This document shows, piece after piece, positions 23,197 to 37,830 of a stretch of 64,000 nt of DNA. This stretch comes from Rhodosorus marinus CCMP1338 (Eukaryota; Plantae; Rhodophyta): positions 2,914,001 to 2,978,000 of the forward strand of contig JAMWBK010000005.1 in NCBI GenBank assembly GCA_029953675.1, in the 5' to 3' direction. Under the pieces are notes generated by a model, which did no database searches, was not told where the DNA came from, and saw nothing but the letters and a program-made list of their open reading frames with translations. Both the position numbers and the translations under genes were made by a program. The stretch's first letter is position 1. Each line of letters opens with the position of its first letter.

Positions 23197-26101
23197 ATGG
23201 GGATTTTGAGGGTTGTCCTGATCGCTGCCGTATTGGCAGCGAGTCAGATTGCTCTTGCGCTGGAGAATTTGCCGGGTCCCATGACAGAGTTCAACGTTGA
23301 GTTGGACTCTTCTGGAATATCTGGGGGACTTATTCCAAATGTTCCTCACTACCCTCAGGCAATAACTGTAGATAGCGCAGGTGATGTTTTCGTCACTGGA
23401 TACTCAGAATCGGACGGGAGCGATCCGAACAACTCAAGTCTGTGCGGTAAAAAGGACGGATTTGTCGCCAAAATTGCAAAATCCTTTTTGTCGTTGTATA
23501 TACCTTTTGGAACGGAGGAGGACGATGTCGGGCTGGCGTTGACGATCGATGTAAATACAAAGTATGAAGAACGATTCACACCGGTTTTGTTCTGGTAGAA
23601 AATTTGATTTGGGTCTCTCATTTCTTCGCCGTTCTACGTGATGTCTAGTACTATCTTTTCAACTGGGTATACAGAGGGAGGACGGCCCGCGATTTGTACA
23701 GCACAAGAGGAAGCAACGGCCTCAGAGTCCGTGGAAGAATTTACACCGCAGTTTGATATCACAGCAACTCCTAGTTCGGAGCCAGAAATCCACGACCGAG
23801 ACTGGTTCATTCTTCGAGCAAGTTCCGGAGCAGCTACAGAGTCCACTCGGGTTTTCCCACTTCTGCAGGAAGGAGACGATGAGGGATTGACAATCACTAC
23901 TGATGGGAAGGGCACGGCTGTTTTCCTGGGAGGACGAATGAGCTCTGGGTTAGTGGAACTTTTCGCAATGCTAGTGAGGGGTTTCGATCTTGAGCTGACA
24001 TCCTTGAACGGTCTTGCGCTGCGCATTTTCCGTTCTGTATTCCCCGATTTATGCGTACAGGTTCAATCAGCTGGCGAAAACGAGCTTGTTCATCGTCAAG
24101 TATACAAGTGAACTCGCTTTTGAATGGTCTTATCCGGACCCTTCTGCTCAGGCATCTTATCAGAGTTTCATGGATCGAGTTGAAAAGCTTGTCTTTGATC
24201 CGCAGGCCGATATTTTGTACGGCGCGTGCTCTGTTTTCCCATCCAAAGGGCAAAACGGTGGAACCACTGACTTGCTTATTGTAGCGTTGCGGAGTTCCGC
24301 TGCGCTGGTGTGGGAGATGCTGCTGCCCAAGGTATTCATTGCATTCGAATGACATCGCACTGGAGCGCCGACGTCCATGTCTTAACGAACATCCTTGGCT
24401 TTTTCTCAACCTTTCGTTAGCAAACGGCGGGAGCGAACCTAATGACCAACGCGCTGACGATCGATCGGGATGGTTACCTGTTCGTGAATTATGTGGAGGA
24501 GGAAAGTGGAGGTGGAAAGTCGATATCTTACCTCACAAAATTGGGGAATGCAGAAGTTCTGCTTAGCACTAGGAGAGCGCTGTCGGGGACTCTCTTCGAA
24601 CGGACATACGGTATGTCAGCTACACAGGGACGGAGGATTCAGTACCTTAGTTATGTCGGATATCGAGAGAATCCGACGGATGGGTAAGTTCTCATGGCAG
24701 CACCACTTCGGCAAGAGTGCGGGAGCACCATGGATAGCCGCCACGGGATTTTTTTTTGACGTTCTAGTTCAGTCTGCTAACAAAGACTGTGAATCCGCGG
24801 TTCTGTAGGGAGAGCGAGAGTAACGGATTTTGGCAGGATGTCGTCACTGTTGGATCATCCTTTGGTTCTTCAGAAAACTTGGGTGTATCTCCGTTGACGT
24901 CGGAGCCAAACGAGCTCGAGTTCATTGACGCACAATACCATGAATTGAGCGGTGAATGGGTATTGCTTAGAAAGAATCCCCGTGCGGTACTAGAAACCCC
25001 AACCCCAACAGCAACAGCAACGATTCCACCGGAGGAGACTGCGTCAGAGTCCATGGACGATCAGCCGTCTCCGACAGCGGTTCCAGATCCATCGCCAACC
25101 ACAGTACCAATGCCATCACCCACAAGCGAGCCTGTTTTGCCCAACGCGGAGTCCAGGAGGATTGTTTGGGCATCTTTCAAATTCCTTCCGAGCCCGTTAA
25201 CACCCCCATCTGGAAGGAACATTACTATTCAGTTCGACACTAGGGTCACCGAGGTGCGCACCACAGGATTTCGTCGTTTTGTTTTGGTTTGAAAAGTCGG
25301 GATTGGCTGACGGACGGTTTGGCCGGCTGCCCTATGAAATTCTTGTGGTCTAGTTCGAACGTGAACTGAACAAGACTACAAATGGCTTGAGACAAGCCCT
25401 GCAGGAGGCGACTGAGAGTTTCTCACTGGAGGACGTTACTGTGAAGTTGGAAAGGGCAGATGAACTACTGGAAGGCCATGTGTTTATTGCCTGCGTAGGA
25501 TGTGACCAAGACCCAGAAAGGGAGGAAACTGTGCTGGGCATAATGAAGAGATCAACCGAAGGTGAGATCGGCTTCATCGAATACATGCACTGTCGAGGGT
25601 GTTTCGGTGAGAATGCATTCCTTAAGCTCCGCTGTCGAAATAATTCACAGAAAGAATCGGAGGACAAATCGAAGCTGTGGTTAACTTCACGAACGCTCAG
25701 ATCATCGGAAACGACGAGACCATCGAGAGCTTCACACCAACACCGACTCCGACTCCTGGAGGTGAGTTGCAATTTCAAGCGTGTAGCTGGTCAACTTTAC
25801 ATCCTAGTAACCCCAATCCAACGGACTTCACAACTACGTAGTGCCTATTGTGCCGGAGGAAAATGAAAGCTCGACGAATACTGCTGCAGTGATTGCGATC
25901 AGTGTAACATTGGGATCTCTGGCATTGATCTTGATTGTCCTAATTATTATAACCTGGAGACGGCGACGAAGACCTCCAGCAATTTATCAAGACATTGGGT
26001 AGGCAATGCATCCCAATTCTTATCATTTGGATCCTGTTGAAAAGCCTAACGCGTCAATCCTTGCTCTAACGCACAGGGGAGAAGTAAGCGCTCCTGTATA
26101 G
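23197..26101 (+). CDS. Type-I membrane/cell-surface protein: signal peptide, SBBP-like beta-propeller repeats, Pro/Thr-rich stalk, TM helix, basic tail (multi-exon)
   Basis: Signal peptide MGILRVVLIAAVLAASQIALA. Repeats AITVDSAGDVFVTGYSES, ALTIDVN, AITTDGKGTAVFLGG and ALTIDRDGYLFV. Stalk TPTPTATAT..PSPTAVPDPSPTT. TM AAVIAISVTLGSLALILIVLIIITW followed by RRRRR. The stop is at 26002 or 26101, depending on a last intron. Confidence 0.7.
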
Positions 26102-26442
26102 TTCTCTGAAGACACTAAAGTCATGCTGACCGAGAACAAAGGCGTGATTATATAGCAACAAGCGTTCTCGGTTTCGAGGGTGAACTCCGCCTCACCGGGA
26201 GGGGGTCCCTTGTTTGCGCAAGAAAAGGCATTGCGGATTTGTAGCTATAGGTATTATGCTCTTGCGCACATGCATGCTTTCCAAAGTCTATTTATCAATG
26301 GGTGACTAGACCTTCAACCTCGGTTTCAACGCGTCTAACTCATATCTTGACTAGATTCCTTTGCTGCGTTGTAGTTCAAGAAGTGTACATTTTTTTCTAA
26401 ACAATTGAGGATTCATATTTGAATCACAAGTATGCGCATGAA

Positions 26443-28676
<2,234 letters not shown>

Positions 28677-30082
28677 TCAATTCGAAAAAGAAAACAAACA
28701 CAATACAGATCTCAACAAAAAATCCTAAACCACCACCAACCTCCCCCCCTCCCCCCCCTCCCACTTGCCCCAACAAGTCCACCAAGCAGAGACTCCGCAC
28801 AGATCCTGATCTAAACCAACTCCTTATCGTACCTTGCCCCCCCGCCCCCATTTCACTCTCCGCCACCATTAAGAAAGTTTTTTCCTGGTCTGACCCTTCA
28901 AATCGCCCAGACCTTTTCCCAAACGCATGGAAACCTCTTCTAATATTAACTGTCCTCATAAATTCAATCCAAATATATCTACTTATTCGATTTACTTTCC
29001 TTTTTTGTCTATAAACAAATATATTGATTGAATAATCATATGACGCTTAAAAGCTGAAGCAACGTATTGTCATCCATCCCGTCACACGTCTGGAGTAGAA
29101 CTTAACCACTGGACTTAGGAGACATACAACGGGCGGGCGAAATTTCAGTGACAAAAAGGGAGGGGGGGGGGAGGTGTGTGGATAATCTTGTTACCCCTCA
29201 GGCGACGGAGTTCCAGCCAAGGCTTGCCGTCACGAAATCTTGAACAATCAAAATATTTTTGACGTTCTGAGGTCGTGGGGTTGTGCGAATAAGACCCCCA
29301 CCTTTCGAATTGTCGCGTTTGAGCCGTAGTTCGCTTGGTATTGAGAACGGGGGGGTGGGGGGTTGTCTTTTCTCTTGGAGGGCCGTAGGTTTTTAAGAAA
29401 TTTCTGTTTGTCATTAACGCGGCGTTTCCCATCTAGTTTAACGCCTGACGACGGGATTTGTGTGCGTCATATTTTTAAGGTAAACAATAGTAGAAAATTT
29501 TAGCAATAAATTTTCTTTTCTTAGACCGACCATAGTCACCCATTTTATCATTGGTCGAAGAAACCCACACTATTAAATATTTTTACCGGATATATACCCC
29601 CCCTACGTGGTTACCATAGAGCTCTAATTCAAGATAATATTGACTTTCTCCGCCGATGCAAGCTGGTTAGGGGTAGAAAACTTTGAGAGCTACGGATACT
29701 TTGGTATGAAATTTACCCCCCTAATGGGCAATATTATGGATATTTCTTGATATCAACCCTTCTAGAAGGCCCTGAGAGTAATTAACGGTGAGTCTATCGC
29801 TTTTCTACCCAGAATATTCCTCTTATCGAATATTTTCTTCTCAACTGATTTTTTATATGGTTCCTTGATGCATACCTACAGTAGTGTAGGACGCCAGAAG
29901 TATGGATTGGGACAAGACTGAATTGGGACGGGAGTGGGTAGGAGGTGAGGGGTATGGCTTCGGATGCACAATCACACGATTCGGCCAGGTCCCACCAGAT
30001 GTTCGGGACTACATATATACTAGTTAATGTTCAGGTTCCCATCAGTGCGATCAACGCGTTTGAGATCGTCTCAAAGGGAGGA

Positions 30083-30762
30083 TTAGACAGCGTTCTTGTC
30101 CTCTGCCTTGACAAATCGATCCTGTCTTAGGGAACGATGAACTCGATACTCCTCGTCGATGGTCAGGCCTTCCGATTCAAGCATAGTCCGCTTCCTAATT
30201 CCGTTCTCATGCTCCGGATTCCACACCCCGCTGAAACCTGTTAGTAGGTATTTCTTGATTTTCAGTTTGTCGCTTGTAGGCGCTGAGATCCTCAACTTTC
30301 GAGGTACTCACCTCCCAAGTGATATGTAGTGGCAACAACTCGATGACAAGGGACTCGCGGGGATGCGCCCTCTACGTTGAACGGGTTCCTGTTGGTAGAG
30401 AACTATGTGCTCAGCGGACATGACGCGACACAAAGGTAACATGCGTAAACTGATCCCTACCGACGCAGTGCTTGTCCAACAGCCCTTGGGCTGGATTTAA
30501 GCTCACGAGCAATTTCACCGTATGTCGTGAAATGCCCTTCTGGCACGTGGCAAAGCGCGTGCAGAACTCGTTTCCTGAACGGCGTTAAGTCGCTATTACA
30601 AACCCCGCAACTTGCCTTGTCTCCAACGGGACATGCATCTTTCAGATGCACTTCTGCTCGCAACCTCCCCAGACGCCTCTGTTTCTTCAAACTGTCCAGA
30701 TTGGGAACACGCCCAAGTCGTTTCAAGGGAAGCGCATCAACGTACATAAGTGCGGATTTCAT
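30083..30762 (-). CDS. MGMT: O6-methylguanine-DNA methyltransferase (Ogt/MGMT family), 3 exons
   Basis: TPFRKRVLHALCHVPEGHFTTYGEIARELKSSPRAVGQALRRNP, then the active-site VPCHRVV and LGGFSG...KRTMLESEG after splicing. Confidence 0.92.
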
Positions 30763-33538
30763 CGTGCGATATCGACAGCTGACGTAAGCTCGGCAATCAA
30801 AGGTCCTCCCGCATACGCTCTCCCCGGACCCCGTTAATCAATGTCATGTAACCGCGAACGTGCTTCTCTCTCTCGCACGTCTCTATCCTTTTTTTGCTTG
30901 CAACGCAGACTTTGGTACTCAACTCTTTCAAAACGGCTGCATGAGACTTTCATATCTAAGCGAGCTTGCAACATGGCAGAGGATACATAATCTAGGACAT
31001 ACTTCTACCTTTGTACTTTACATGAAGCCAGAAATTTCTTAAAACTAGAAAACAATATTCTTGCCTATTATTAGAATCTGTGGGTATCAAATATGCCTAG
31101 AAGTAATCTGGAGGGTTCCAACATGTTGGACGGTAGTCAGATATGCTCGAGCACTGGAGGGGCCAATCTTCGGCAGGACTGCTCCATCTCTCAGCAGGTT
31201 TCTCTGCCCAAAGTCACGGTTTTTCGTGTGGGTACTTAAGTCTGTGGCTCTGGAATGCAAAGTGCAAGTGGTTCCTTTTGTGATGCTTGGGCAGAGAAAG
31301 TGCTATCTCGTTCAAACCATGTCAACGACGCGAAGGCACCTCTGTGTTTTCATTGTTCGTTCCCTGGTTTAATTGCGCACCAGCAGTATTGACACCGATG
31401 AGAGAGGTGCTCCGACCATGGACGGTGGTTAACCCTCACATAGAACCGAAGGCTCGTCTGCAGGTCGAAGTCGGTGAGCAACACACCGGGGTGAACAGGC
31501 ATCGTTAGCATCCGTCACTAACTCAACCGGGAACCAAGGCTCCGAGACGGGCTCGGTCCACGGGCAGATCCTCCAATCACGCAAGCAACGTCGAGCAGGC
31601 CGATCGGTGCAGGTCCCATGAGAGGGATTTTTGGGGCACATCCGTTCTAGTACTCGGGCGAGTGGAGTCACTACGTCAACGTCGGTTCGAGCTCCAGCCT
31701 GGTGCTAGGTCGTAAAATCCATGGATCAGCTCTTTTGCTGCTTTGCGCGACCGATTGTGACAGATCCACCTGATTGCCGATCTGATCACGCCTTCGGCAA
31801 AACAAGTAACAGCAGATATATGTCTCAACCAAACTTGGGGTAGTGTTTCCAAGATCACGTGAAACAAGCGAACAGGGCGCGACAAAAAAAAACAACGTAT
31901 CTGCATGTTCCGCACCGCGAGCAGAGAGTTTGTCCCTCATCAGGATCCGCCCTCGCGCGATGCGCCCATAACCTCTCCTGCGGTGTTGTGGCTGCCTCCA
32001 CGAAATCATCCATCTTCGCGACAAACGAATTCGTCGGACAGCCACAGAGAGAACCAATCAAACAAATCAAGTTTCATTCCCGAGACGCAGCTTCCCCCGC
32101 AGAGTGAGCCAGGCCTATAAGCCATGCACGGATCGACTATTATGTGTTCCTGAGCGCTGTAGCTCAATTTTTTCTTCACAAAATCAAGCTCAATGGATAT
32201 TCTTTCGGTGGGGGTAGCAGGGGTGTACCTGTAAATCCAAAATACATCCGTAATCAATATTTTAAAAATATTCGGGCCCTATTCGACTCCCATTGGTTTC
32301 GTACCCCCTCCCGGGCTTACATCAATTCAAACCAATCCACGGCTGAAACCTACAAATGTATTAGTCTAAAAACAAAACGATCAATCAAATATCCAAGAAC
32401 GACGTTTTTTCTTTCCCAATTACACGGATTCTATCCTTACTATCAATCAATGAAGATCCCGTCTATCCAATAGAAAGGACTATATCAAGATAATTATTCA
32501 AATATCCGCGTCTCGACTAATAAAATTTGAACAAATCGAAATACCTCGGAAGCGAATCTCCGCCAGATAATTAACATGCAGGGGGTAGCCCGTTACTCAT
32601 GTAACAGCGGAGAACATACATCATAGTTTTTCATCTGATTATACACCATAAAACCACCTTAATTCTTTTTGATACAAATTTACTGAATAGTTACTGTATA
32701 CAAGTACGATCAAAGAACCACATTTGTCCAAGGGGTAAAGTTGGATAGGTTGTTTGTTTCCGTCCTGCTCAAGGAGTAGGAGTACGAGGTAAAGTGGAAT
32801 TATCTTATAGGGGGTGGTAGATGAAGCTCGGACGAGTCGGAATAGTTGAAAATATGATACTTTTTATTGGCCAAATCGTAGTTTACTGTGAATGGCCATT
32901 GCTACGTTGATATTTTGGGGTTTTTTTCGAAGGGTGAGGTTTGGGAGGAGATAGGGTTGAACAGTGTTATGGAGTTCGAGTGAGGAGGTTGGTGTGGAAG
33001 TGGCGCATGTGAAGAGTAGATTTCGTGTGAATGGTTTGCAGGAAAGAAGTCCGGAGGGAGCTGGATGGGATGGGGCGAGGGGGGTGGGGGAAGAGGAAAG
33101 GAGGGTGAAAGCATTGAATAGAATTGGGGTTTGAAGACGAGGTATCCTTTTTCTTGTTTGGGGGAAAGGAAGGGGGAGCAGTGAAGTGCCTCATTGTTCT
33201 TTGTTTTGGTTTGAGGAGTTCGGAGGGAATTTGAGGTCGAGAGGGTGGTGTTTTGGTTTTTGTTTTTTAGTTGGGGAAGGAGGGTTGTGTTTGGGAGCGG
33301 TGTAGAAGTTAATTTTGTAGGCTTGCTAGGCGTAGCGGTCATTTTGGCTTGCTTTGGAAGCGTGTTTAGAGTGCCGCGGGGTTGATGGGAAAGGGATAGG
33401 TTTGGGGTTACCGTTGTGGATGTCTTTGCAGAGCGTTGTTGTAGAAGAGGAAGGGTTTTGTTTGGAATATTTCGGGTACTTGGATAAGAGAAAGTTGTGT
33501 TTGGGGTATTACGTCACTTCTTGTGTTTTTTGCGCCTG

Positions 33539-34388
33539 ATGACGTACTTGTTGAAGTTCAGGGCGCTCTGTTTCGATTGCGAGAAGGCTGAGGCAAGCCT
33601 TTGGTGTATTCAAGACCAATGTGCACTGTGCAGGGTTTGCGATGAAAAGGTGAGTTGTGTTTTGAAAGTTAGTCTGGGGTTCCACTGAGGAGCTCTTTAC
33701 TAAGCGTTCACTGTTACTATGTTCCATTTTTTCTCTGTTGTTTTGGAATACTCCCTTCACGTTTGCTGAATTATTTCCAAAATTGTGATGTGAACTTTGA
33801 AAATCTGCTGCTCCCCAGGTTCATAGCGGCAACCGAATCTCGCAACGGCATGAGCGAGTAGAAGTAGTAAAGTCTTCGGTTCTGAGCACTTTGTGCAATG
33901 AGTGCAATATGGTACCGGCATCGTTTTATCATCAAGGAAGGGACTCTACCCTTTGCGAGCTGTGCGTGCAACAGGAGCGGGACTCTACCATGCAGACAAA
34001 GGACTTGGGGGAAATGTATCCCAAACTTTGCTTTGGATCACAAAATATTATACCGCTTCAGGATGCGCACGTTACGGACAGCATTGTGTTTGATAAGATG
34101 GACTTCACCACTAGCTATGCAGAAAAGAAGAGAAAGTCGCGAACGAGGCTTATCCTGGCTGGTTTGGGCTCTCAAGAGTCACCGGAGAGTAAGGTTGATC
34201 GATGGTTGAATAACAAAACTTACACCCCTGCCTGGAGCCTAGCAAAGTCGAACGATGGGCATGCGGAGTCGAAACTTGCTCCGAGCAATCTCGCCGCCTT
34301 GGTCTCAGCTGAAGTTCTCAGCGGTAGCAAGAGGAAGCTTCCCTCCGAGACCAAGAACTCGCTCAAGGGCGGAGGCGACGGAATCTGA
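33539..34388 (+). CDS. B-box zinc-finger protein (BBX family; no CCT domain seen)
   Basis: B-box 1 is CFDCEKAEASLWCIQDQCALCRVCDEK|VHSGNRISQRHER across an intron. A second, degenerate box is CNECNMVPASFYHQGRDSTLCELC. Confidence 0.8.
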
Positions 34389-34743
34389 TTGGTAGAAAAG
34401 CTATTGCGGAGTGTGGTTGCCTTGGGAGGCACCAAGTTTATATGTTACTTGTAAATAGTGTTGCCCTTATTTAAGAATAGCACTATGTGAATGAATCTAC
34501 TAAATTGTGCAGTACATAAAAACATGAAATGGCGTGAAATTGGATAGCCTGGTCAGCGGGTGTTACTTGGTTTGAGAGGTGTCCGTGCGGCAATGCGGAA
34601 ATTGTTGGAGCATCGAAGGCAGATTGTAACTACGTATCCATTGGTTGCGAGAACTAGCTTCCGGTGGATAACACGATGCCAATGGTTTCAGTCACAATCT
34701 CCAAAACCAGAAAAGAATGAATCGGACGCCCATTGACATGGTT

Positions 34744-34892
34744 ACAGCTCGCGACTAACGACCTTCAACTTCTTTACGATTTGACTTCAGGAGCAAAAGG
34801 AACGATTCCCTCACAGCTCACAGCTCGCGACTAACGACCTGCAACTTCTTTATGGTTTGACTTCAGGAGGAAAAGGAACGATTCCCTCACAG
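34744..34892. repeat. 76-bp-period tandem duplication (2 units, 4 mismatches)
   Basis: acagctcgcgactaacgacct(t/g)caacttcttta..tttgacttcaggag(c/g)aaaaggaacgattccctcacag starts at 34744 and again at 34820. Confidence 0.95.
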
Positions 34893-35722
34893 TGGATTTT
34901 GTCCCCCTCTCCTTTTGATCTTCTTCTTCACAGAGAGGGAAAACGAAGAAAGAGATCAGCAGGACGTTTTTCAAAATCCCCTGGATTGAGGTTCGCACCT
35001 CAGGGGGAGCTTCTGCACACATCTACGTTAAGCCTTGAGCTGGAGTCCCGTTCCACACCGAGAACCTGATATTCTTTGTAAGGTCTTGATCAAGAGGGGG
35101 CCTAATACGCAGATTAGGCCGGTAACAAAGGCAAAAACTTCCCAAAGGAATTACATCCACACTGAACATTAGGCACAAGAGAAGACTTACGGGTGGCCTT
35201 AAACAGATAGTGCAGCACAATTGCCAGGGAGAGGTGCTCTCTCTCCCTCTCTGTCTCTGTCTCTCTGTCTCTGTGAAGAGAAAAAGTAAATCTGAAATGC
35301 ATTGCTGACCTCTGCCAAACCTCGGTTGCAGTTCTTTCTATATCCATAGCTAGCGAATCCGTTTGCCCCCCTACAAACTCGAGCATACTAAAGCCGAAAA
35401 AAGGAGGCGTTACGACAGACAAAAAAAAATCCGCCGTTCAAACCTTCAAAAATAGATATCGTTTAGAATAAAATACTTCAAAGTTCCTCTTTGAAATATT
35501 TTCGTCTAGGACAGCTGTCCCATCCGATGAGCGGATCGCGATGTTGGAAGAGCTCAGAGATTCGTTTGGGATGATAAGCAGGGCGAGTGCAAAAGTTGAG
35601 AACACCGGTCGTGACCCGAAGATCTGGGTTCTGGGGTTCTGTTGACTTGATCATTTGTAATTCTCGCCAGGGTTGGTGGAACTGGAGATGACGATTCCAT
35701 CGTTCTTGGGATTTGGTTAATC

Positions 35723-37473
35723 ATGGGTACACTGATGAGGCAGGGATCTTCTCAATCCACGACGAGCAAGAGGAGCAGGCGAAAACCCGGTCTTTTTCTG
35801 GACCTGACGAATGGTACGATATTCTTAATGAAGAAAAAATTCAAAGGATTGTTTTGTTACAGATTGCTGATTTTGGAGTTGGAAACGAATGTGCAGAAAT
35901 GATTGGGGACAGCGTAATGAGAATGAAGTCCTCCCAAGGACGAGGGGGGGAGGACGAAGATATGTTATTCACGCCAGTGGATCAACCGATTCCGTCTCAA
36001 TATACGTGTCCGTCTTCACCGTCGCCGGACAACAAGCGCAGACGAAACCGCGGCGTCTTGGACGACAGCCAGTCGCAATCGCAATCGTACTCGCAATCGC
36101 AGTCGCAGTCTCAATCTCAGTGCGATTCGTTGGTACAGGTAATGGCAACGAGCATGAGTCAGGAGAACTTTAAGTTCGCGCCTATCCCCAAACGCCCGCG
36201 AAGGCAGCAAACGTTTCGAGCCCCTATGTTGCAGAGCATCAGCCTGGAGAATCCGTACCTCAATAGCCGGACCAACTCCTTCGCCACCCTTCTCAAGGAC
36301 ATTGGCCCGTTTACGATGGCCTGCAACCGCGAATACTTAAAAGAGTTCCAGGAAATCAACAGAATCGGGAGTGGCGATTTTTCCATCGTCACCGCCGCGA
36401 AACAGCGCATTGATGGATGCAAGTACGCCATTAAGCGAACACGGAAACCACTGCACTCAAATCATCCAAAGTTGGAAGCGCTTCGTGAGGTAAGAGGAGT
36501 ACCATTCGCATAGATACGGAGCCGAATGGCGCATTGCTTAGTAACTTGAATGGTATCTACAACCAGGTTTTCATTATGTCCGCAATGAACGAGCTTAACC
36601 CACAGGAGAACCTGCTTAGACTTTACTCATCGTGGTTCGAGAACAAAGGCACTGAGCTCTACATTCAGATGGAGCTTTGCTCCAAAGGGTCGCTTCAGAA
36701 GTTGGCCGATCAAGGTGAATGTTCGGCTGATCTTGTTAAGAGAGCGACGTTACATATTGCCCGAGCAATCTCCGCTATTCACAGCTGCGGTATCGTCCAT
36801 CGAGATGTTAAGCCCGAAAACATCCTGCTCGCAGACAACGGCCTGTTCAAGTTGGGTGATTTTGGAATCGCTGGACGAGCGGAAATGGTGGAAATGGACG
36901 ATAAGGAGGGAGATGGTCGATACCTAAGCGGTGATCGATTGGCGGGCGCGCGTTCTTCCGATGACCTCCTGAGCGCTGATATTTTTGCACTAGGTGCATC
37001 TGCCTTGGAGGTCGGCTCGGGAACTCGGTTGCCGACCAACGGTCCTGAAGCTCACCAGATTAGGAAGGGACAGGGAAGGTTTTACGAAAGCTGCTTCGAT
37101 GCGCTTTGGAATCGTTGCGGCGAGAGATTTGCGAAGGTAGTCCAGCAGTGCATTCACACCGATTCCAAGAAGCGCCCGAGAGCAGACGAGCTCGTGAAGA
37201 GCTTGGCAGCGGTTGTCACTGGGGAAGAAGACGGTCCCAGCGTTAAGGAGAGGTAAGCGGTGTGTTCCCTTTTGTTCGATCATCACGCAACCTTCTCATG
37301 GCCGAAGCTATCGTCGTTTGGAATTCGCATCCAGTGTAACACGGCTTAAGCAGAAAGAGATGGAGATCCTAAAGCTGACCGAAGTTGTTCTATCTCAAAA
37401 GGGCAGGATCACGGCCCTCGAAGGCGCGTTGAGGGATCTCGTCAACTCTTCTAAGAAACATAGTAGCAACTAG
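35723..37473 (+). CDS. WEE1: WEE1-family protein kinase (multi-exon) with C-terminal coiled coil
   Basis: EFQEINRIGSGDFSIV, IDGCKYAIKR, ALREV, YSSWFE...LYIQMELC, IVHRDVKPENI, FKLGDFG, EGDGRYL and ADIFALG..LPTNG. The start codon is uncertain. Confidence 0.9.
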
Positions 37474-37526
37474 CTCCGTCACCCTCATACTAGCGGGGTT
37501 GGGTTATATGGAGAACAGCCAAGTCT

Positions 37527-37830
37527 TTACGTTATCAAACTGTTTATATCCTCCCAAACGCCATCATCTTTGAGGCAGACTAGGAGAACCGCAGCTCCGT
37601 CTGATACTCCCTGTGCTGAAAGAAGAACCGGATCATCTAGCTTCTTAAGTTCTCGATCTTGAGGAACGTCTTGTAAATATAACTGCATGCTTTTCTCGGG
37701 GATGTTAAATAAATCGGAGATCTTCTTCTTCAGGTCGACTGTCGTCGAGGCGCTTAAGTCGATGGTTATCAAGGTTGTCCGATTAGGCCTCTCAACCCGC
37801 ACATATTCATCATTAGTAACAGACCGCTGA
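37527..37830 (-). CDS. Small ubiquitin-like protein, Elongin-B-like (5' exon not resolved)
   Basis: YVRVERPNRTTLITIDLSASTTVDLKKKISDLFNIPEKSMQLYL...LDDPVLLSAQGVSDGAAVLLVCLKDDGVWEDI resembles the Elongin B/plant UBL pattern (RVKR.KTT..., ENDAVVAL..RKDD..FE). Confidence 0.55.

Noticed and set aside
31855-32070. TTPQ..W...GQTLCSRCG, resembling a GATA zinc-finger half
   Set aside because: The spacing is wrong, the first CxxC pair is absent, and there is no convincing exon structure.
34744-34892. 76-bp repeat considered as tandem tRNA genes or a CRISPR array
   Set aside because: No cloverleaf or TTC loop; only two abutting units with no spacers; eukaryotic context with no cas genes.
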